Positions 63,601 through 64,000 of a stretch of DNA of 64,000 nt are shown here, piece after piece. The notes beneath the pieces were generated by a model that had not been told where the DNA came from, did no database searches, and saw only the letters and a program-made list of their open reading frames with translations. A program made the position numbers and the translations under genes. Source of the DNA: Candidatus Latescibacterota bacterium (GTDB lineage: Bacteria > Latescibacterota > UBA2968 > UBA8231); assembly GCA_965223905.1 (NCBI GenBank), contig CBDCXV010000001.1:256001-320000 (forward strand), written 5' to 3'. The stretch's first letter is position 1. The number at the start of each line of letters is the position of its first letter.

Positions 63601-64000
63601 ATGATCCGCGCTGCCGCTGTTTTCGTCGGCGTCGCCCTGGCGACCTGGTTTCCCGCAACCAGTCACGCCGCAACAATAGGCCAGGATGAACGGCTCCCCA
63701 CCCCGGAGCAAATCAAGAAGGTGGCCGCCGATCTCGTCTGCTTGTGCGGAAGCTGCAACCGCGAATCCCTGGCAACCTGCGTCTGCACCGCCTTCGCCGT
63801 TCCGGAACGGGAGACAATTGGCCGCCAAATGGCCTCCGGAATGAGCGCCGAAGAGATCGTCGCCAGTTACGTCGAGCGTTTCGGCAATTCGGTCCTTGCC
63901 GAGCCTCCTCCAGGTGGAGCACGCTGGATCAGTCGACTGACGCCGGTCGGCGTTCTGTTTGCCGGAGTTCTCGCTGTTCTCGCGGTGTTGCACCAATGGC
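63601..64000 (+). CDS. ccmH: CcmH-like cytochrome c biogenesis protein (3' truncated by window edge)
   Basis: Signal peptide, LVCLCGSC..ESL..CVC, G.S.EEI...YVERFG..VLAEPP, TM segment; not in ORF track. Confidence 0.75.
   Translation, partial: MIRAAAVFVGVALATWFPATSHAATIGQDERLPTPEQIKKVAADLVCLCGSCNRESLATCVCTAFAVPERETIGRQMASGMSAEEIVASYVERFGNSVLAEPPPGGARWISRLTPVGVLFAGVLAVLAVLHQW

Overview
GC-rich bacterial chromosomal window with about 60 genes. The gene content (five PhyH-family dioxygenases, four Gfo/Idh/MocA oxidoreductases, two enolase-superfamily enzymes, a sulfatase, and a secreted protein ending in TWGRIK) suggests an FCB-group bacterium such as Ca. Latescibacterota; this placement is inference only. 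The left ~45 kb is mostly accessory or catabolic genes. It contains a visibly lower-GC block (~15.0-22.9 kb) where an Lcp/MpaB-like heme oxygenase, an MMPL/RND transporter, a LolA-like carrier and a putative outer-membrane barrel converge on a squalene synthase-ispH operon. This possible isoprenoid make/modify/transport module is the best candidate for a new system. The ORF track misses a selenocysteine peroxiredoxin (Bcp; UGA at the peroxidatic site plus a SECIS-like hairpin), and tRNA-Sec lies 20 kb away. A 74-aa orphan gene has a consensus sigma54 promoter. The right ~19 kb is housekeeping: rplI, DUF2232, rpsF, hppA, pth, rplY, tRNA-Gln, ispE, a TPR protein, a sigma54 activator, a DegP-like protease, an M24 peptidase and ccmE/F/H. 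prs and rpsR are missing from their usual places. At least seven single-base frameshifts, mostly in homopolymers, look like long-read assembly errors. No CRISPR array, rRNA, transposase or integrase was seen. All calls come from manual motif reading; no database searches were run.
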